DNA of 64,000 bases from an uncultured Gemmatimonadales bacterium (GCA_963707505.1 CAVPQB010000003.1:448001-512000), one strand, 5' to 3'; shown: positions 19,217 to 31,885, counted from the stretch's first letter. Program-made: numbers and translations. The notes: generated from the sequence alone by a model not told the origin.

Positions 19217-20965
19217 ATGAATCCCACGTTACGCATCACCACTCCGCACATGTCTAAAGGGAGCCGGGCAGCGCTGTCCTGCGCGCTTGCCCTCACCGCC
19301 GGCCTCATGGCCGGTTGCAGCGAAAAGTCGCGGACCGAGAGTGGGGGCGGGACCCTGGTGGTCTCGACCGCATCCGACGCCGACAACCTCTTTCCGCCGC
19401 TCATAATGTCGAGCCAGGGTCGGCAGGTGGTGGAGCAGATATTCGAGCCGCTGGCCGACGTAGGCGATTCTCTAAACGTGTTCGGAGATGCCGGCTTTAT
19501 TCCGCGGCTGGCGGACAGCTGGACATGGTCGGCAGATTCGTTGTCGATCGCGTTCCACCTGAACCCGCGGGCGCGCTGGCACGACGGGAAACCGGTAAGA
19601 GCGAGCGACGTCAGGTTCACGTTATCGCTGGCCAAGAATCCAGCGGTAGCGGCGCCGATCGCTCCACTGCTATCGAACGTCGATTCGGTGAGCGTCACCG
19701 ACTCGCTGACGCCGGTGTTCTGGTTCAAGCGACGCTCGGCGCAGCAGTTTTACGATGCGGCAACGGTCGCGCTCATTGTTCCGGAACACATTTACGGCGG
19801 CATCGCGCCGGCGGCGCTGGCGTCGTCGGATGTGCTGCGGCATCCGGTGGGATCCGGACGGTTCAAGTTCCGCCGTTGGGTTCCGAATGCGACGATCGAG
19901 ATCGTGTCGAACCGGGATCACTACCGCGCACCGGCAAGACTCGACCGCGTGATATGGACCATCGCGCCGGGAGACTTCAGCGCTGCATCGACGCGGTTTC
20001 TCGCTGGCGAGGCGGATTTCTTCCCTAGCGTCCGGCCGGACATGATGGCGCAGATCGCGAAGTCGCCGAATCTGCGATTGATTGAATATCCCGGGTTCAA
20101 GTTCGGGTACATGGTTTTCAACATGCGGGACCCGAAGAATCCGAAGGCGTCACATCCGTTGTTCCACGACGTGGGCGTGCGTCGCGCGCTCACGATGGCG
20201 ATCGATCGCGCGTCGCTGGTACGCAACGTATTCGACTCGCTCGCAGTCCCGAGCATCGGCCCGACCGTGCGCGCAATGGGAACGAGCGACACGACAATTG
20301 CGCAGATTCCGTACGATCCGACCGGTGCGATGCGTATGCTTGACTCACTTGGGTGGCGCACCGGATCGGACGGGATACGTACACGCGATGGCAGGCAGCT
20401 CGCGTTCACGATCATGGTTCCGTCATCGAGCAAGGATCGTGAGCGTCTTGCAGTGCTGATGCAGGATCAGTTCAAACGTATTGGCGTCAAGGTGGGCATT
20501 CTCTCGGTCGAGCCGAATGTATTCGAGCAACAGCAGGCGACCCACGCGTTCGATGCGGCGATCGAGACGTGGCTGGCAGACCCGAGTCCCGGCGGCATCC
20601 GTGAGAGCTGGGGTTCGGAAGCTGCCCGTACGGAGGGCAGCAAGAACTACGGGGACTATGCGAATCCCGTCTTCGACAGACGCGTTGACAGCGCGCTCGA
20701 TGCGCCATCACGGTCAGCCGCACGTCTCCTGTTCTCGCGTGCGTTCCAGACGCTGATCTCCGACGCGCCGGCGATCTGGCTGTTCGAGCCGCGCAACGTG
20801 GTCGGGATTCAGAAACGCATCCATACCGCACCGCTGCGTGCCGACGCGTGGTGGGCGCATCTCGCAGACTGGTACGTTCCGGCCGATGAACAGATCGCAC
20901 GCGACCATGCAGGTGACGATGTTGCGCCGCGGCCGGATTCACGGCCGTCGAAAGGGAGCAGCTAG
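19217..20965 (+). CDS. Peptide ABC transporter substrate-binding lipoprotein (family 5)
   Basis: Lipobox MAGC; LADSWTWS, ARWHDGKPVRASDV, PVGSGRFKF, VRRALTMAIDR. Start may be 19250. Confidence 0.93.
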   Translation: MNPTLRITTPHMSKGSRAALSCALALTAGLMAGCSEKSRTESGGGTLVVSTASDADNLFPPLIMSSQGRQVVEQIFEPLADVGDSLNVFGDAGFIPRLADSWTWSADSLSIAFHLNPRARWHDGKPVRASDVRFTLSLAKNPAVAAPIAPLLSNVDSVSVTDSLTPVFWFKRRSAQQFYDAATVALIVPEHIYGGIAPAALASSDVLRHPVGSGRFKFRRWVPNATIEIVSNRDHYRAPARLDRVIWTIAPGDFSAASTRFLAGEADFFPSVRPDMMAQIAKSPNLRLIEYPGFKFGYMVFNMRDPKNPKASHPLFHDVGVRRALTMAIDRASLVRNVFDSLAVPSIGPTVRAMGTSDTTIAQIPYDPTGAMRMLDSLGWRTGSDGIRTRDGRQLAFTIMVPSSSKDRERLAVLMQDQFKRIGVKVGILSVEPNVFEQQQATHAFDAAIETWLADPSPGGIRESWGSEAARTEGSKNYGDYANPVFDRRVDSALDAPSRSAARLLFSRAFQTLISDAPAIWLFEPRNVVGIQKRIHTAPLRADAWWAHLADWYVPADEQIARDHAGDDVAPRPDSRPSKGSS

Positions 20966-20966
20966 C

Positions 20967-21962
20967 TTGGCGTCAGCGGGAGGGCGTGGTGTAGTCGGCA
21001 CCGTCGTATCGCGCCTCTTGCAGGCAGTAATCGTCGTCGCGATCGTCACGACGATCGTCTTCGTGCTCATCCACATTGCGCCGGGCGATCCATTCACATC
21101 GGCGATGGACAATCCGAACGTCACCGAAGCGATGCGTGTCAGGTGGCGCGCGATGTATGGGTTGGATCAGCCGCTGCTGGAGCAGTACGTACGCTATCTG
21201 AGCAACGTGGCGCGCGGCAATTTCGGGTGGTCGTTCTCGATGCACAGGCCAGTCATCGACGTCCTGAAGGATGCATTGCCGAACACCTTGCTGCTTGCCG
21301 GAACGGCGCTCGTGCTCGGCTTCGCCGGAGGAATCGGGCTCGCGGTAATTCAGGCGACGAGACCGGGATCCCGCACGGATCGCGCACTCGGTGCGGGCTC
21401 GATGTTCTTCTACGCGATGCCGGACTTCTGGCTCGCGCTAATGATGATGCTGATCTTCGCGTACTGGCTTCCGTGGGCCCCCGTCGCCGGCGCCGTAGAT
21501 CCGGTGATGCACGAGTACATGGGACCGCTCGCGGCTCTTGGCGACAGACTCAAGCATCTGGCGCTTCCGGCAATCACGCTTGCCCTGCTTTCCGGCGCAG
21601 CGGTTGCACGGTATCAGCGCGCAGAGTTGTTGCGGGTGCTCCCGGATGATTTCGTTCGCACCGCGCGGGCGAAAGGCCTGAGCGAGCGACGTGTGATGTG
21701 GGTTCACGTACTTCGCAACGCACTCATACCAACGATCAGCCTGCTCGGTCTTTCGCTGCCTGTGTTGTTCACCGGTGCAGTGTTTATCGAACGCGTTTTT
21801 GCGTGGCCGGGAATGGGCTGGGTGATTCTGAACGCTGTCGCGACGCGCGACTATCCGCTGGTTACCGCTGGTGTCATCGTTGCAGCGGCAACCGTAACGC
21901 TCGGGAGCCTGGGAGCTGACCTGCTGTACTCCGTCGCCGATCCACGTATTCGTGGACGCTGA
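20967..21962 (+). CDS. Peptide ABC transporter permease (DppB/OppB-like)
   Basis: APGDP, YGLDQP, EAA loop RTARAKGL, IERVFAWPGMG, RDYP. Confidence 0.93.
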   Translation: MASAGGRGVVGTVVSRLLQAVIVVAIVTTIVFVLIHIAPGDPFTSAMDNPNVTEAMRVRWRAMYGLDQPLLEQYVRYLSNVARGNFGWSFSMHRPVIDVLKDALPNTLLLAGTALVLGFAGGIGLAVIQATRPGSRTDRALGAGSMFFYAMPDFWLALMMMLIFAYWLPWAPVAGAVDPVMHEYMGPLAALGDRLKHLALPAITLALLSGAAVARYQRAELLRVLPDDFVRTARAKGLSERRVMWVHVLRNALIPTISLLGLSLPVLFTGAVFIERVFAWPGMGWVILNAVATRDYPLVTAGVIVAAATVTLGSLGADLLYSVADPRIRGR

Positions 21963-22833
21963 TACACTGAGGGATCGGCCGCACTGGACGCACCGGATCG
22001 TGCGACATGCAGGCATCGCGTCAGGCGTAATCGCGGTCATCGTCGTCGTTGCGTTGCTCGCACCATGGATCGCTCCGTATGATCCCATCGCGCAACCTGA
22101 CATCATTGGCCTCAAGAATCTCGCGCCGTCGTTCAGCCATCCATTCGGCACCGATTCATTCAGCCGCGACGTTCTGAGCAGATGCATCTACGGTGCGCGC
22201 ATTTCGCTTTCAGTCGCCGCACTCGCGACAGCGATCGCCATAACACTCGGAACACTCTATGGTGCGATCGCGGGTTACGTTGGTGGAGCGGTCGATGCCG
22301 TGCTCATGCGCATCGTTGACGCCGCGCTTTCGATTCCGCGCGTCCTGCTGCTGATCGCGATTCTGGCGTTGTGGAACGGTTTGCCGCTCTGGCTACTCAT
22401 TGTGGTGCTCGGAGCCACCGGCTGGTTCGGGCTCAGCAGAATGGTGCGTGCGCAGGTATTATCGATGCGGGAGCTCGACTTCATCGCGGCGGCGCGGGCG
22501 GTGGGGGCGTCAGGGCCGAGGATTCTTCTGCGTCACATCTTACCGAACGTGCTTCCCACTATTATCGTCGCTGCTACGCTGGGCGTGGGGCACGTCATCA
22601 TACTCGAGGCCGGCCTTTCGTACCTCGGTCTGGGAGTTCAGCCGCCAAGCGCGAGCTGGGGTAGCATAATTCAGGATGGAGCCGACCAAATTGGCGCTGC
22701 GTGGTGGATATCACTTTTCCCGGGACTGCTCATTGTCGCGACTGCCATCGCCTGCAACTCGCTGGGCGATGCGCTGCGTGCAGCGTTCGATCCGCGTGAG
22801 AGCGCGGTGACAATGGCGGAGCTGGACTCATGA
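21952..22833 (+). CDS. Peptide ABC transporter permease (DppC/OppC-like)
   Basis: [35 protein letters not shown]. Confidence 0.94.
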   Translation: MDADTLRDRPHWTHRIVRHAGIASGVIAVIVVVALLAPWIAPYDPIAQPDIIGLKNLAPSFSHPFGTDSFSRDVLSRCIYGARISLSVAALATAIAITLGTLYGAIAGYVGGAVDAVLMRIVDAALSIPRVLLLIAILALWNGLPLWLLIVVLGATGWFGLSRMVRAQVLSMRELDFIAAARAVGASGPRILLRHILPNVLPTIIVAATLGVGHVIILEAGLSYLGLGVQPPSASWGSIIQDGADQIGAAWWISLFPGLLIVATAIACNSLGDALRAAFDPRESAVTMAELDS

Positions 22834-23853
22834 CCGAGCCGCTGCTGGCGGTCAGCGATCTACGAACTTATTTCCACGATGGAGGCGTCGTCGCCCGTGC
22901 GGTGGACGGTGTCTCGTTCGACGTGGCGGCCGGCGAGACTGTCGCGGTGGTCGGTGAATCCGGCTCGGGCAAATCGGTCACCGCGCTTTCCATCCTGCGG
23001 CTCATTCGGCCGCCTGGCCGGATCGAGTCCGGCAGCAGCATCAGGTTCGAGGGGCGCGATCTCCTGCAACTGAGCGATGGCGAGATGCGCACCATTCGTG
23101 GCAATCGCATCGCGATGATCTTCCAGGAGCCGATGTCCGCGCTCAATCCGGTGTTCACTGTCGGTGAGCAGATCGCGGAAGTCGTGCGTGTACACACCGA
23201 CGCATCGCATCACGATGCGTGGGAGCGCGCAGTCGAGATGCTCGCGCTCACGGGAATATCGGCTCCGCGCGAGCGCGCATCGGAATATCCGCACCAGCTC
23301 TCGGGCGGAATGCGTCAGCGCGTCATGATCGCGATGGCGCTCGTGATGAAGCCGGCGCTCGTCATCGCCGACGAGCCGACGACTGCGCTCGACGTCACGA
23401 TCCAGGCGCAGATACTCGAGCTGCTTCAGCGACTGCAGGAGCAGCTCGGAATGTCGATGCTGCTCATCACGCACGATCTCGGCGTCGTCGCGGAAGTCGC
23501 GGATCGCGTCATCGTGATGTACGGCGGCGAGGTCGTCGAGCACGCGACAGTGACGGAATTGTTCGCGCGCCGCATCATCCGTACACCGAAGGCCTGATGA
23601 GTGCGATGCCGCGGCTGGACCGCGACACCGAGCGACTCGTGACGATTCCCGGCACCGTACCACCTCCGACCGCGTGGCCGAGTGGTTGCCGATTTCGCGA
23701 TCGCTGTCCTTACGCGTGGGAGCGGTGCGCAACGGAACATCCCCCGCTCTACTCGATCGGAGACGGGCACGAATCGCGCTGTCATCTCGCCGTCGAGCCC
23801 GAGCGCCGGTCCGAATCGCATCCACCATTCACGGCGCGCGTTGGCGCTGACTC

Positions 23854-23857
<4 letters not shown>
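22830..23857 (+). CDS. Peptide ABC transporter ATPase (DppD/OppD-like; frameshift near 23570)
   Basis: [25 protein letters not shown]-terminal HPYTEGL...GCRFRDRC in the next frame. Confidence 0.92.
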
Positions 23858-24868
<1,011 letters not shown>

Positions 24869-24903
24869 CCAATCCAGCATCTCCGTCCAGCGCTCACACC
24901 GCC

Positions 24904-26490
24904 ATGGCAACACAGAAGCCCGTCTTCGACCAGCCACACGCCGCGACTGTCACCCACGACGTGCCACCGACTGGGTTCGAGCAATGGACTGGCAACAAGG
25001 CGTTCTTCGGCCACCCGCGCGGACTCTCGACGCTCTTCTTCACCGAGATGTGGGAGCGGTTCTCGTACTACGGGATCCGCCCGCTGCTCGTGCTGTTCAT
25101 GACGGCCGCGCTCTCGTCGGGCGGCTTCGGCTTCGACCGCACCGTCGCATCGTCGATCGTCGGCATCTACGCGGCGTGCGTGTATCTCGCGTCGCTACCC
25201 GGCGGCTGGATCGCCGACCGGTGGCTCGGATTGCGACGCTCGATCTGGTGGGGCGGCGTGCTCATCGCGCTCGGCCATCTCTCGATCGCGCTCTCGGCGG
25301 TCTTCGCGCACTCGGCGTTCTTCGTCGGCCTCATCCTCATCGTCATCGGCACCGGACTGCTCAAGCCGAACATCTCGGCGACTCGTCGGCGATCTGTATC
25401 CTGAAGGCGGCGCGCGACGCGACGCAGGCTTCTCGATCTTCTACATGGGGATCAACATCGGCGCGCTCATCGCGCCGCTCATCACGGGTTATCCTCGGCG
25501 AGCGTGTCGGCTGGCACTGGGGCTTCGGCGCCGCGGGCGTCGGCATGCTCATCGGCCTCATCACCTTCGCCTGCGCATGACACGAACGCTCGGCCCGATC
25601 GGCGCAGCCTCGACGGCGAGCGTTGCGGAGCAGACGCCGGGTAAAGCGCATCACCTTCGCGAGCGTCGTCGTGATCGCCGCTCGTCGTGCTGCTCACGAT
25701 CTTCGGCGTGATTCACATCAACCCGGTCGCGCTCGCCGAACGAATGGGTTTCATCCTGCTCGCGCTGGCGGTGCTCTACTTCGTCTACCTGTTCTTCTTC
25801 GCGGGCCTCACCACCGGCGAGAAGAAGCGCGTCGCCGTCATCGTCGTGCTGTTCGTCTTTGCGACGCTGTTCTGGGCTGCGTTCGAGCAGGCGCCGACGT
25901 CGCTCAATCTGTTCGCGCGCGACTTCACCGACCGCAACGTGTTCGGCTGGGAGGTTCCGACGTTCTGGCTCCAGTCCGCCGAATCGTTCTTCGTCATCAC
26001 GCTTGCGCCGGTATTCGCCTGGCTCTGGGTCGCCCTCGCGCGCCGCAGGCTCGATCTGTCGAGTCCAACGAAGTTCGCGATCGGCCTCGCATTCGCCGGC
26101 GTGGGCTTTCTGGTGATGCTCGCGGCGTCGAACCGCATCGTCGCCAGCGCTGCAGCGGGCGAGGTGGTGCACGTCTCAATGTGGTGGCTCGTGATCAGTT
26201 ACCTCTTCCAGGCGTTCGGCGAGCTGTCGCTCAGCCCCGTCGGCCTGAGCTCGATGACGAAGCTCGCGCCGCGACGCTTCGTCGGTCAGATGATGGGCAT
26301 CTGGTTCCTGGCGGACTCGCTCGGCAATCTCATCGCCGGACTGGTCGGCGGCAACGTCGATCCGAACAAGCTCAGCGAGATGCCGCTGCTGTTCCAGCAC
26401 ACTGCGATCTCGCTCTTCATCGCGGCTGCGGTCTGCGCTGCGCTCGTCATTCCGATCCGTAGGATGATGGAGGAGAAGACGGCGTCGTAA
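24904..26490 (+). CDS. POT/PTR-family proton-dependent oligopeptide transporter (frameshifts 25380-25690)
   Basis: [52 protein letters not shown]. Confidence 0.93.
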
Positions 26491-26532
26491 CGCACTGGAG
26501 GTCGCGCTATCGTACGCGCGACTCCAACGGCA

Positions 26533-28305
26533 TCAGGGCCAGTTGTAAATCGAGTTCGGGATTGCGCGCTCGCGACTCGCCTGAACGTCGCCCGGCTCGC
26601 GCCAGAACCAGCGCGTGAAGTCGTGATTCGTGAATCGAATCTCGAACTTCGAGTCGCCGCGATCGTTCAGGGGGAAGGCGAAATCGACGCGCCATGTGCG
26701 CCGCGATCGCGGCGGCAAAGCGGCGAGAAGGCCGACACCGACAGCGTATTTGACGTTCGTATTGACGCCGAACGGCGCGTCACCAGCCCACAGACGCCCC
26801 GCATCCACCCAGATCGCGCTGGCGAGACCGGCGAACTGACGAACGTGTCCCAGGCGGTAACGGTCTTCCAATCTCATCACGACGCGCTGCGCACCGCCGA
26901 GATCCGACGAGCCGTAGCCTGGCATTCCGCCATCGCGGTCGGCAAGCGAGAGCTGAAACGGGACTCTCTGGCGCCAACCACCGCTGTACTCCACGTCGAT
27001 GATCGACGTGTGCTTGGTCGACGGATGGGCGTACCAGGCCGCTCTGCCGCTCGCGAGCACACCATCGAACCGGTGCGTGTCGAGATTGCGACGCCGCTCG
27101 CCCATGAACTCGATTCCTGCAAACGACTGCGGCGTGCCACGCCCGTAATAGAGATCGGTCGACATGAAATAGTCTCGCTCATCCTTGGGAGTCAGCTTGA
27201 TTCCCCGGCCGAACAGGGTCGCCAACTGCATCCCTGTGCGCACGTCCTGTGTCCCCTCAACGGCGTCGAAGGCTCGCACCGGCATGAAGCGCGAATTGCG
27301 AAAACCGAACAGCAGATTGACACGATCCGTCCGATGCTCACCGTAGCGCCCGATGAGTGCGGTGCTCGTGTCGGGAACAACCGTGTTGAGCACGAGCACC
27401 GGCATACGGCCGGTCCGCTCGCGCTCCTTGGAAACGGTCGCTCCTATCAGGAAAACATGACGCACGAGGCCGAACGCCAGAACTCCTCCGACGTCAGCGT
27501 ACGCACGCGTGAACGGAAGCGCGGCGTTGGGGTCTTTCCCGCGAAGGAAATACCTGTAACCGGTCGCAGAACCGGCCGACGCACGCCACGACGTACGTTG
27601 CAGATCGGTGAGGAATGGATGCGTTATGAGTGCGTCCCAAGTCCCGCCGATCTCGTTTCGCGTTCCCTGAATCGAAAGCTGATATGGCCTGCCGAACAAT
27701 TGATATTCCACAACGCGTGCCTTGTACACGTCGCGGTAGAACCGACTCTTCTCCCACGCTCCAGTTGCGGATAGCGCCGCTCCTGAAAGGTTCTCTTCAC
27801 CAAAACGCACCGAGCGAATGAGTGGCGACTTGGACGTGACGGCACCATCGAGCACGAGCGACACTTCGTCGAAGGTGACCACGTCGACGTCGACGCCACC
27901 AGTGCCATCAGGAGTCACGAGCAGGGACGCATCCGCGAGAAATGGCTGGGCGCGCAGAATGCGCTCGGCTTCGTGCAATCGCTGATCGACGCATGGATCG
28001 CCCACGCGGATCGGCAAAAAGCGGCTGATTATCTCAGGTCGCGTCGTAGCGTGGAGCTTCGTGGCCAATCTCGCGGCGCGCGCGGTGAGATTGGTGCCGC
28101 CCGCCTCGAACGGTGGGTACGTATGGATTTCTATCCGCGTTATGGTTTCGCCATGACAGAGCGGTGGGGCGGGTGCTGCGCTCACCGGCGCCGTGCTGCT
28201 CGGCGCCGCGTCGACGGGACTCTCCCCTTGCCCGCGCGCCGCCGCAGAGCAGATTCCGAGCAGAGTGCCGATCGACGCCATCCTCCAAGCCCAGAGCTGT
28301 GTCAT
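26533..28305 (-). CDS. Omp85/BamA-TamA-superfamily outer-membrane protein with one POTRA-like domain
   Basis: Signal peptide; TRPEIISRFL...GDPC...LHEAERILRAQPFL (POTRA-like); EENLSG at barrel start; WVDAGRLW and RVDFAFPL late strands. Start may be about 28281. Confidence 0.75.
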   Translation of the reverse strand: MTQLWAWRMASIGTLLGICSAAARGQGESPVDAAPSSTAPVSAAPAPPLCHGETITRIEIHTYPPFEAGGTNLTARAARLATKLHATTRPEIISRFLPIRVGDPCVDQRLHEAERILRAQPFLADASLLVTPDGTGGVDVDVVTFDEVSLVLDGAVTSKSPLIRSVRFGEENLSGAALSATGAWEKSRFYRDVYKARVVEYQLFGRPYQLSIQGTRNEIGGTWDALITHPFLTDLQRTSWRASAGSATGYRYFLRGKDPNAALPFTRAYADVGGVLAFGLVRHVFLIGATVSKERERTGRMPVLVLNTVVPDTSTALIGRYGEHRTDRVNLLFGFRNSRFMPVRAFDAVEGTQDVRTGMQLATLFGRGIKLTPKDERDYFMSTDLYYGRGTPQSFAGIEFMGERRRNLDTHRFDGVLASGRAAWYAHPSTKHTSIIDVEYSGGWRQRVPFQLSLADRDGGMPGYGSSDLGGAQRVVMRLEDRYRLGHVRQFAGLASAIWVDAGRLWAGDAPFGVNTNVKYAVGVGLLAALPPRSRRTWRVDFAFPLNDRGDSKFEIRFTNHDFTRWFWREPGDVQASRERAIPNSIYNWP

Positions 28306-29027
28306 TCCGTCCTATTGTAGCGGTTAGCGCCGCAGTCCGCAGCGAGCGCGACGTACCGTCTGCGTATTTGAGAACGACCTACCTTACGGCCCTGGAGAAC
28401 GCAGGGCTTGTACCAATCGCTGCCGCCCCGCTGCAGGACCCCACTGCCGCCAATGCGCTCATGGAGCACGTGGACGCCCTGGTGCTAACCGGCGGCGCGG
28501 ACTTGAATCCTGCCCTGTACCACGAGCCGCGGCATCCCATGCTCGGAGCCGTGTCCGACATCAGGGATCGGTGGGAGATCGCGCTGGTCAATGCCGCGAA
28601 GCGACGTGGAACTCCCCTGCTCGCCATTTGCCGCGGCGCGCAGGTGCTCAATGTAGCGCTCGGCGGATCACTGATACAGGACCTTCCGAGCCAGCATCCT
28701 GGCGACATCAACCACGATCCCGATCGGCCACGCACGTCCCGCACGCATTCGGTCGAAATTCAGAGCGAATCGCGGCTCGCGCGCGCAATCGGGTTGACGA
28801 CCCTGGAAGTCAATTCCGTGCATCATCAATCGATCGAGCGCGTCGCGGACGAGCTTCGCGTGGTTGCGGTCGCGCCCGACGGCGTGATCGAGGGCGTAGA
28901 ATCTGCCGCAGATTCACCGTGGTGGTGCGTCGGAGTGCAGTGGCATCCGGAAGATCTGATCGGCACCACCGAGTCGTGGGACCGCGATATTTTCAGTGCA
29001 TTCGCCAGGGTGATCGGCAAACGGTGA
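28299..29027 (+). CDS. Peptidase C26 / gamma-glutamyl-GABA hydrolase (PuuD-like) class I glutamine amidotransferase
   Basis: LTGGADL, nucleophile AICRGAQ, VNSVHHQ, GVQWHPE. Likely GTG start at 28299. Confidence 0.92.
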   Translation: MSFRPIVAVSAAVRSERDVPSAYLRTTYLTALENAGLVPIAAAPLQDPTAANALMEHVDALVLTGGADLNPALYHEPRHPMLGAVSDIRDRWEIALVNAAKRRGTPLLAICRGAQVLNVALGGSLIQDLPSQHPGDINHDPDRPRTSRTHSVEIQSESRLARAIGLTTLEVNSVHHQSIERVADELRVVAVAPDGVIEGVESAADSPWWCVGVQWHPEDLIGTTESWDRDIFSAFARVIGKR

Positions 29028-29037
29028 TCGGCAAATA

Positions 29038-30090
29038 GTGACGCTCCGATCGCTGCACATCGACGCTGGCCGCAGTTGGCGTGGCGGACAGCGCCAGGTA
29101 TTTCTACTGGCGACGTCGCTGCGCTCGCACGGACGCGAGCCGCTCGTCGTGAGCGTCGGCGGCTCTCCGTTGCTCGAACGGCTCCAGGCGGCAGGAATCG
29201 CCACAGCCTCGATCCCGATGCGGTCGGATTGGGATCTACGCTCCGCCAAACGACTGCGCTCGATCATTCGCGCATGGCGCCCGGACATCGTTCATGCGCA
29301 CGATGCGCGAGCCCACGCGATCGCGCTGATCGCCCTCGCGGGTGACACTACTCCGCTCGTTGTCACGCGTCGCGTTACGTTCCCGCTCAAATCGGTACGC
29401 GTGAAATACGGCCTGCGCGTCACGCGCTTCATTGCCATATCGAATGCGGTGAAGACGGCGATGGTGCGATCGGGTGTCGACGCCCACCGCATCGTCGTGG
29501 TGCACTCCGGCGTCCCGACGCCGTCCGCGCCCTCACCGCGAGACTGGCGCAAGGAGCTCGGCTGGCCGCGCGATACGGTACTGGCCGGCGTCGTGGGCGC
29601 GATGACGGCTGAAAAGGGAATCGATTCGCTACGGCACGTTGGCAGCTGGCTCAGCGAAAGCGCGATCGGCCGGACGCGCGTCATCCTCCTTGGCGGCACG
29701 GCAAAAGGACCCATCAAGCTGGGTCCGTTACGCGGCCAGCAGGCTGGCTTCATGTCCGACGTCCACAATGGGATGGCCGGCCTCGACATATTATGGCATC
29801 CAGCTGCCGAGGAAGGGCTTGGGACGGTTCTCATCGACTCGCTGGCCCTGCAGGTCCCGCCCGTAGCGTTCGACGTCGGCGGAATCTCCGAGATCGTAGA
29901 AGACGGCAAAAACGGACTCCTTGTCCCATTAGGCGACACTAAGGCCTTCGCAGCGGCGCATGAATCACTGCTGGACGCGGGTCTCCGGGGGCGTCTGGCG
30001 GCTGACGGCCCAGCTCGCGCGGCGCTTTTCAGCGTGGAAGCGATGACCCAAGGCGTGGAACGGGTGTACCAACAGATCCTTACCGCCTAA
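29038..30090 (+). CDS. Glycosyltransferase family 4
   Basis: WRGGQRQ, PDIVHAH, EKG, EGLGTVLID, VGGISE. Confidence 0.92.
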   Translation: MTLRSLHIDAGRSWRGGQRQVFLLATSLRSHGREPLVVSVGGSPLLERLQAAGIATASIPMRSDWDLRSAKRLRSIIRAWRPDIVHAHDARAHAIALIALAGDTTPLVVTRRVTFPLKSVRVKYGLRVTRFIAISNAVKTAMVRSGVDAHRIVVVHSGVPTPSAPSPRDWRKELGWPRDTVLAGVVGAMTAEKGIDSLRHVGSWLSESAIGRTRVILLGGTAKGPIKLGPLRGQQAGFMSDVHNGMAGLDILWHPAAEEGLGTVLIDSLALQVPPVAFDVGGISEIVEDGKNGLLVPLGDTKAFAAAHESLLDAGLRGRLAADGPARAALFSVEAMTQGVERVYQQILTA

Positions 30091-30100
30091 CTTGAACGAC

Positions 30101-30841
30101 ATGCTTCACATTTGCATTCCAACGTACAACGAAGGCCCGACCGTGGGAGTTCTGCTCTGGCGCATCCGCAAGGTGTTCCAGGACTATTCGCGCGAGTACG
30201 AAGTCATCGTTTACGACGATGGAAGCACGGACGACACGGCGGCCACGCTGGAGCCGTACTGCAAGGTCCTTCCGCTCACGGTCTTGCATGGCGCCGCGAG
30301 GCAGGGCTTCGGTCACGCCCTGAGTGCGCTGTGCGCCGATGTTTCACGTCGGACCAAGTATCCACGACGCGACGCGATGGTCGTGATGCAGGCGGATTTT
30401 ACAGATCAGCCGGAATCACTTCCCGAGCTGCTCAAGAGGTTCGAGGGCGGCGCAGACATCGTAACAACAGAGCGGACACGGCAGAGCATGCCGGTAGCGG
30501 TGCGCAGGCTCGCGAAGTTCGGCCCGTGGATGATGCGCCCGTTCGTGTCGGCCAGGGACGTCGCCGATCCGTTCGCGTCGTTCAAGATGTATCGCATCTC
30601 GTTATTGCGCGATTATGCCAAGTCGTCCGGAGACGTTCCACTCGTGACGAGTGATGGATGGGCTGCCAACCTGGAGCTCTTTCTCAAGCTCGCGCCTCTC
30701 GCGCGCAAGATCGAGAAAGTTGCGGTCGAGCCGCGTTACGATCTGCGGCCCCGTGAAACGCGAGTTCGTCCCTTCGCGGATGCGATGGCGCTGTATCGCG
30801 CCGGGCGCGCATCGGGCGGGTGGCGCAAGGCAATTACGTGA
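30101..30841 (+). CDS. Glycosyltransferase family 2 (polyprenol-phosphate glycosyltransferase-like)
   Basis: IPTYNE, YDDGSTD, QGFGHA, MQADFT. Confidence 0.88.
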   Translation: MLHICIPTYNEGPTVGVLLWRIRKVFQDYSREYEVIVYDDGSTDDTAATLEPYCKVLPLTVLHGAARQGFGHALSALCADVSRRTKYPRRDAMVVMQADFTDQPESLPELLKRFEGGADIVTTERTRQSMPVAVRRLAKFGPWMMRPFVSARDVADPFASFKMYRISLLRDYAKSSGDVPLVTSDGWAANLELFLKLAPLARKIEKVAVEPRYDLRPRETRVRPFADAMALYRAGRASGGWRKAIT

Positions 30842-31654
30842 CTGCGTCCGCGCTCATCAAGCTCGGAATCGGCAGGCAGCCTTTCCATCGCGCTCTGCGC
30901 GTCGGCGCAGACACCGACGGCCACAGGGCCGGCGACGGCGACGACAGTTGCGGCAACAACCAGAGTTGCGCAGGCTGACAGTCAGATGTCCGTGCCATTC
31001 GGCGTTGGCGAGACCGCCGAGTACGACGTCAAGTTCGGCGCGCTCAAGGTCGGCAGTGCGAGCACGCTGGTGAAGGACATCGAGCAGGTCCGCGGCATAT
31101 CTGCGTGGCACACCGTGTTCAGCCTGAAGGGCGGGACGTTCTTCTACCGCGTCGATGACGTTTTCGAGAGCTGGATAGATCGAAGCACGTTCTCTTCCCT
31201 GCGCTTTTACCAGACGCAGCAGGAAGGGTCGAGCGACCGACAGAAGCGTTACGAGATCTATCCCGATCGCGGCACGTACATGGAGATGGACAAGAAGCCG
31301 CCGCGCGATCACGCAGGGGTGAAGGATCCGCTGGACGATGGATCGTTTCTGTTCTTTGTGCGGACGCTACCGCTCGAAGTTGGGCACACCTACGAATCGA
31401 ACCGTTACTTCCGCCCCGAGCGCAACCCAATCCGCGTTCGCGTACTACGCAAGGAAACGATCGAGGTGCCCGCGGGAAAATTCGATTGCGTCGTGCTGCA
31501 GCCGGTCATCAAGACACAGGGGATATTCTCGGAGAATGGAAACGCCGAGGTGTGGCTGTCGGATGATAGCAGACACGTTCTGGTACAGCTCAAGTCGAAG
31601 CTGTCCTTCGGGTCGATCAATCTTTACTTGAGATCGTACAAGCCGGGCGCCTGA
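30838..31654 (+). CDS. DUF3108-like exported protein (frameshift in the signal region)
   Basis: PFGVGETAEYDVKFG, KETIEVPAGKFDC, EVWLSDD..VLVQL; GTG start overlaps the GT2 stop. Confidence 0.78.
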
Positions 31655-31672
31655 GGCGCCCGGCGCCCAACT

Positions 31673-31885
31673 CTAAAACCGATCCAGTGTCTTCCGCTGG
31701 CACTGGCTCCGGATCATCGCAGCCGTGTCGGGGCTGATGACGCGAATGATCAGATAGGCTATTCCGCCCACGACGGCGACCTTGATGGCGATCCCCAGGA
31801 CGAACATTGCGATACCGAACACCATGCCGAGCAGGATGCCACCAACGATGAGTGCGATACCGAGGAAGAAGATGGTACGCAGCAT
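31673..31885 (-). CDS. Small membrane protein
   Basis: 70 aa with two hydrophobic helices; GGAGAG RBS-like sequence upstream. Confidence 0.75.
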   Translation of the reverse strand: MLRTIFFLGIALIVGGILLGMVFGIAMFVLGIAIKVAVVGGIAYLIIRVISPDTAAMIRSQCQRKTLDRF

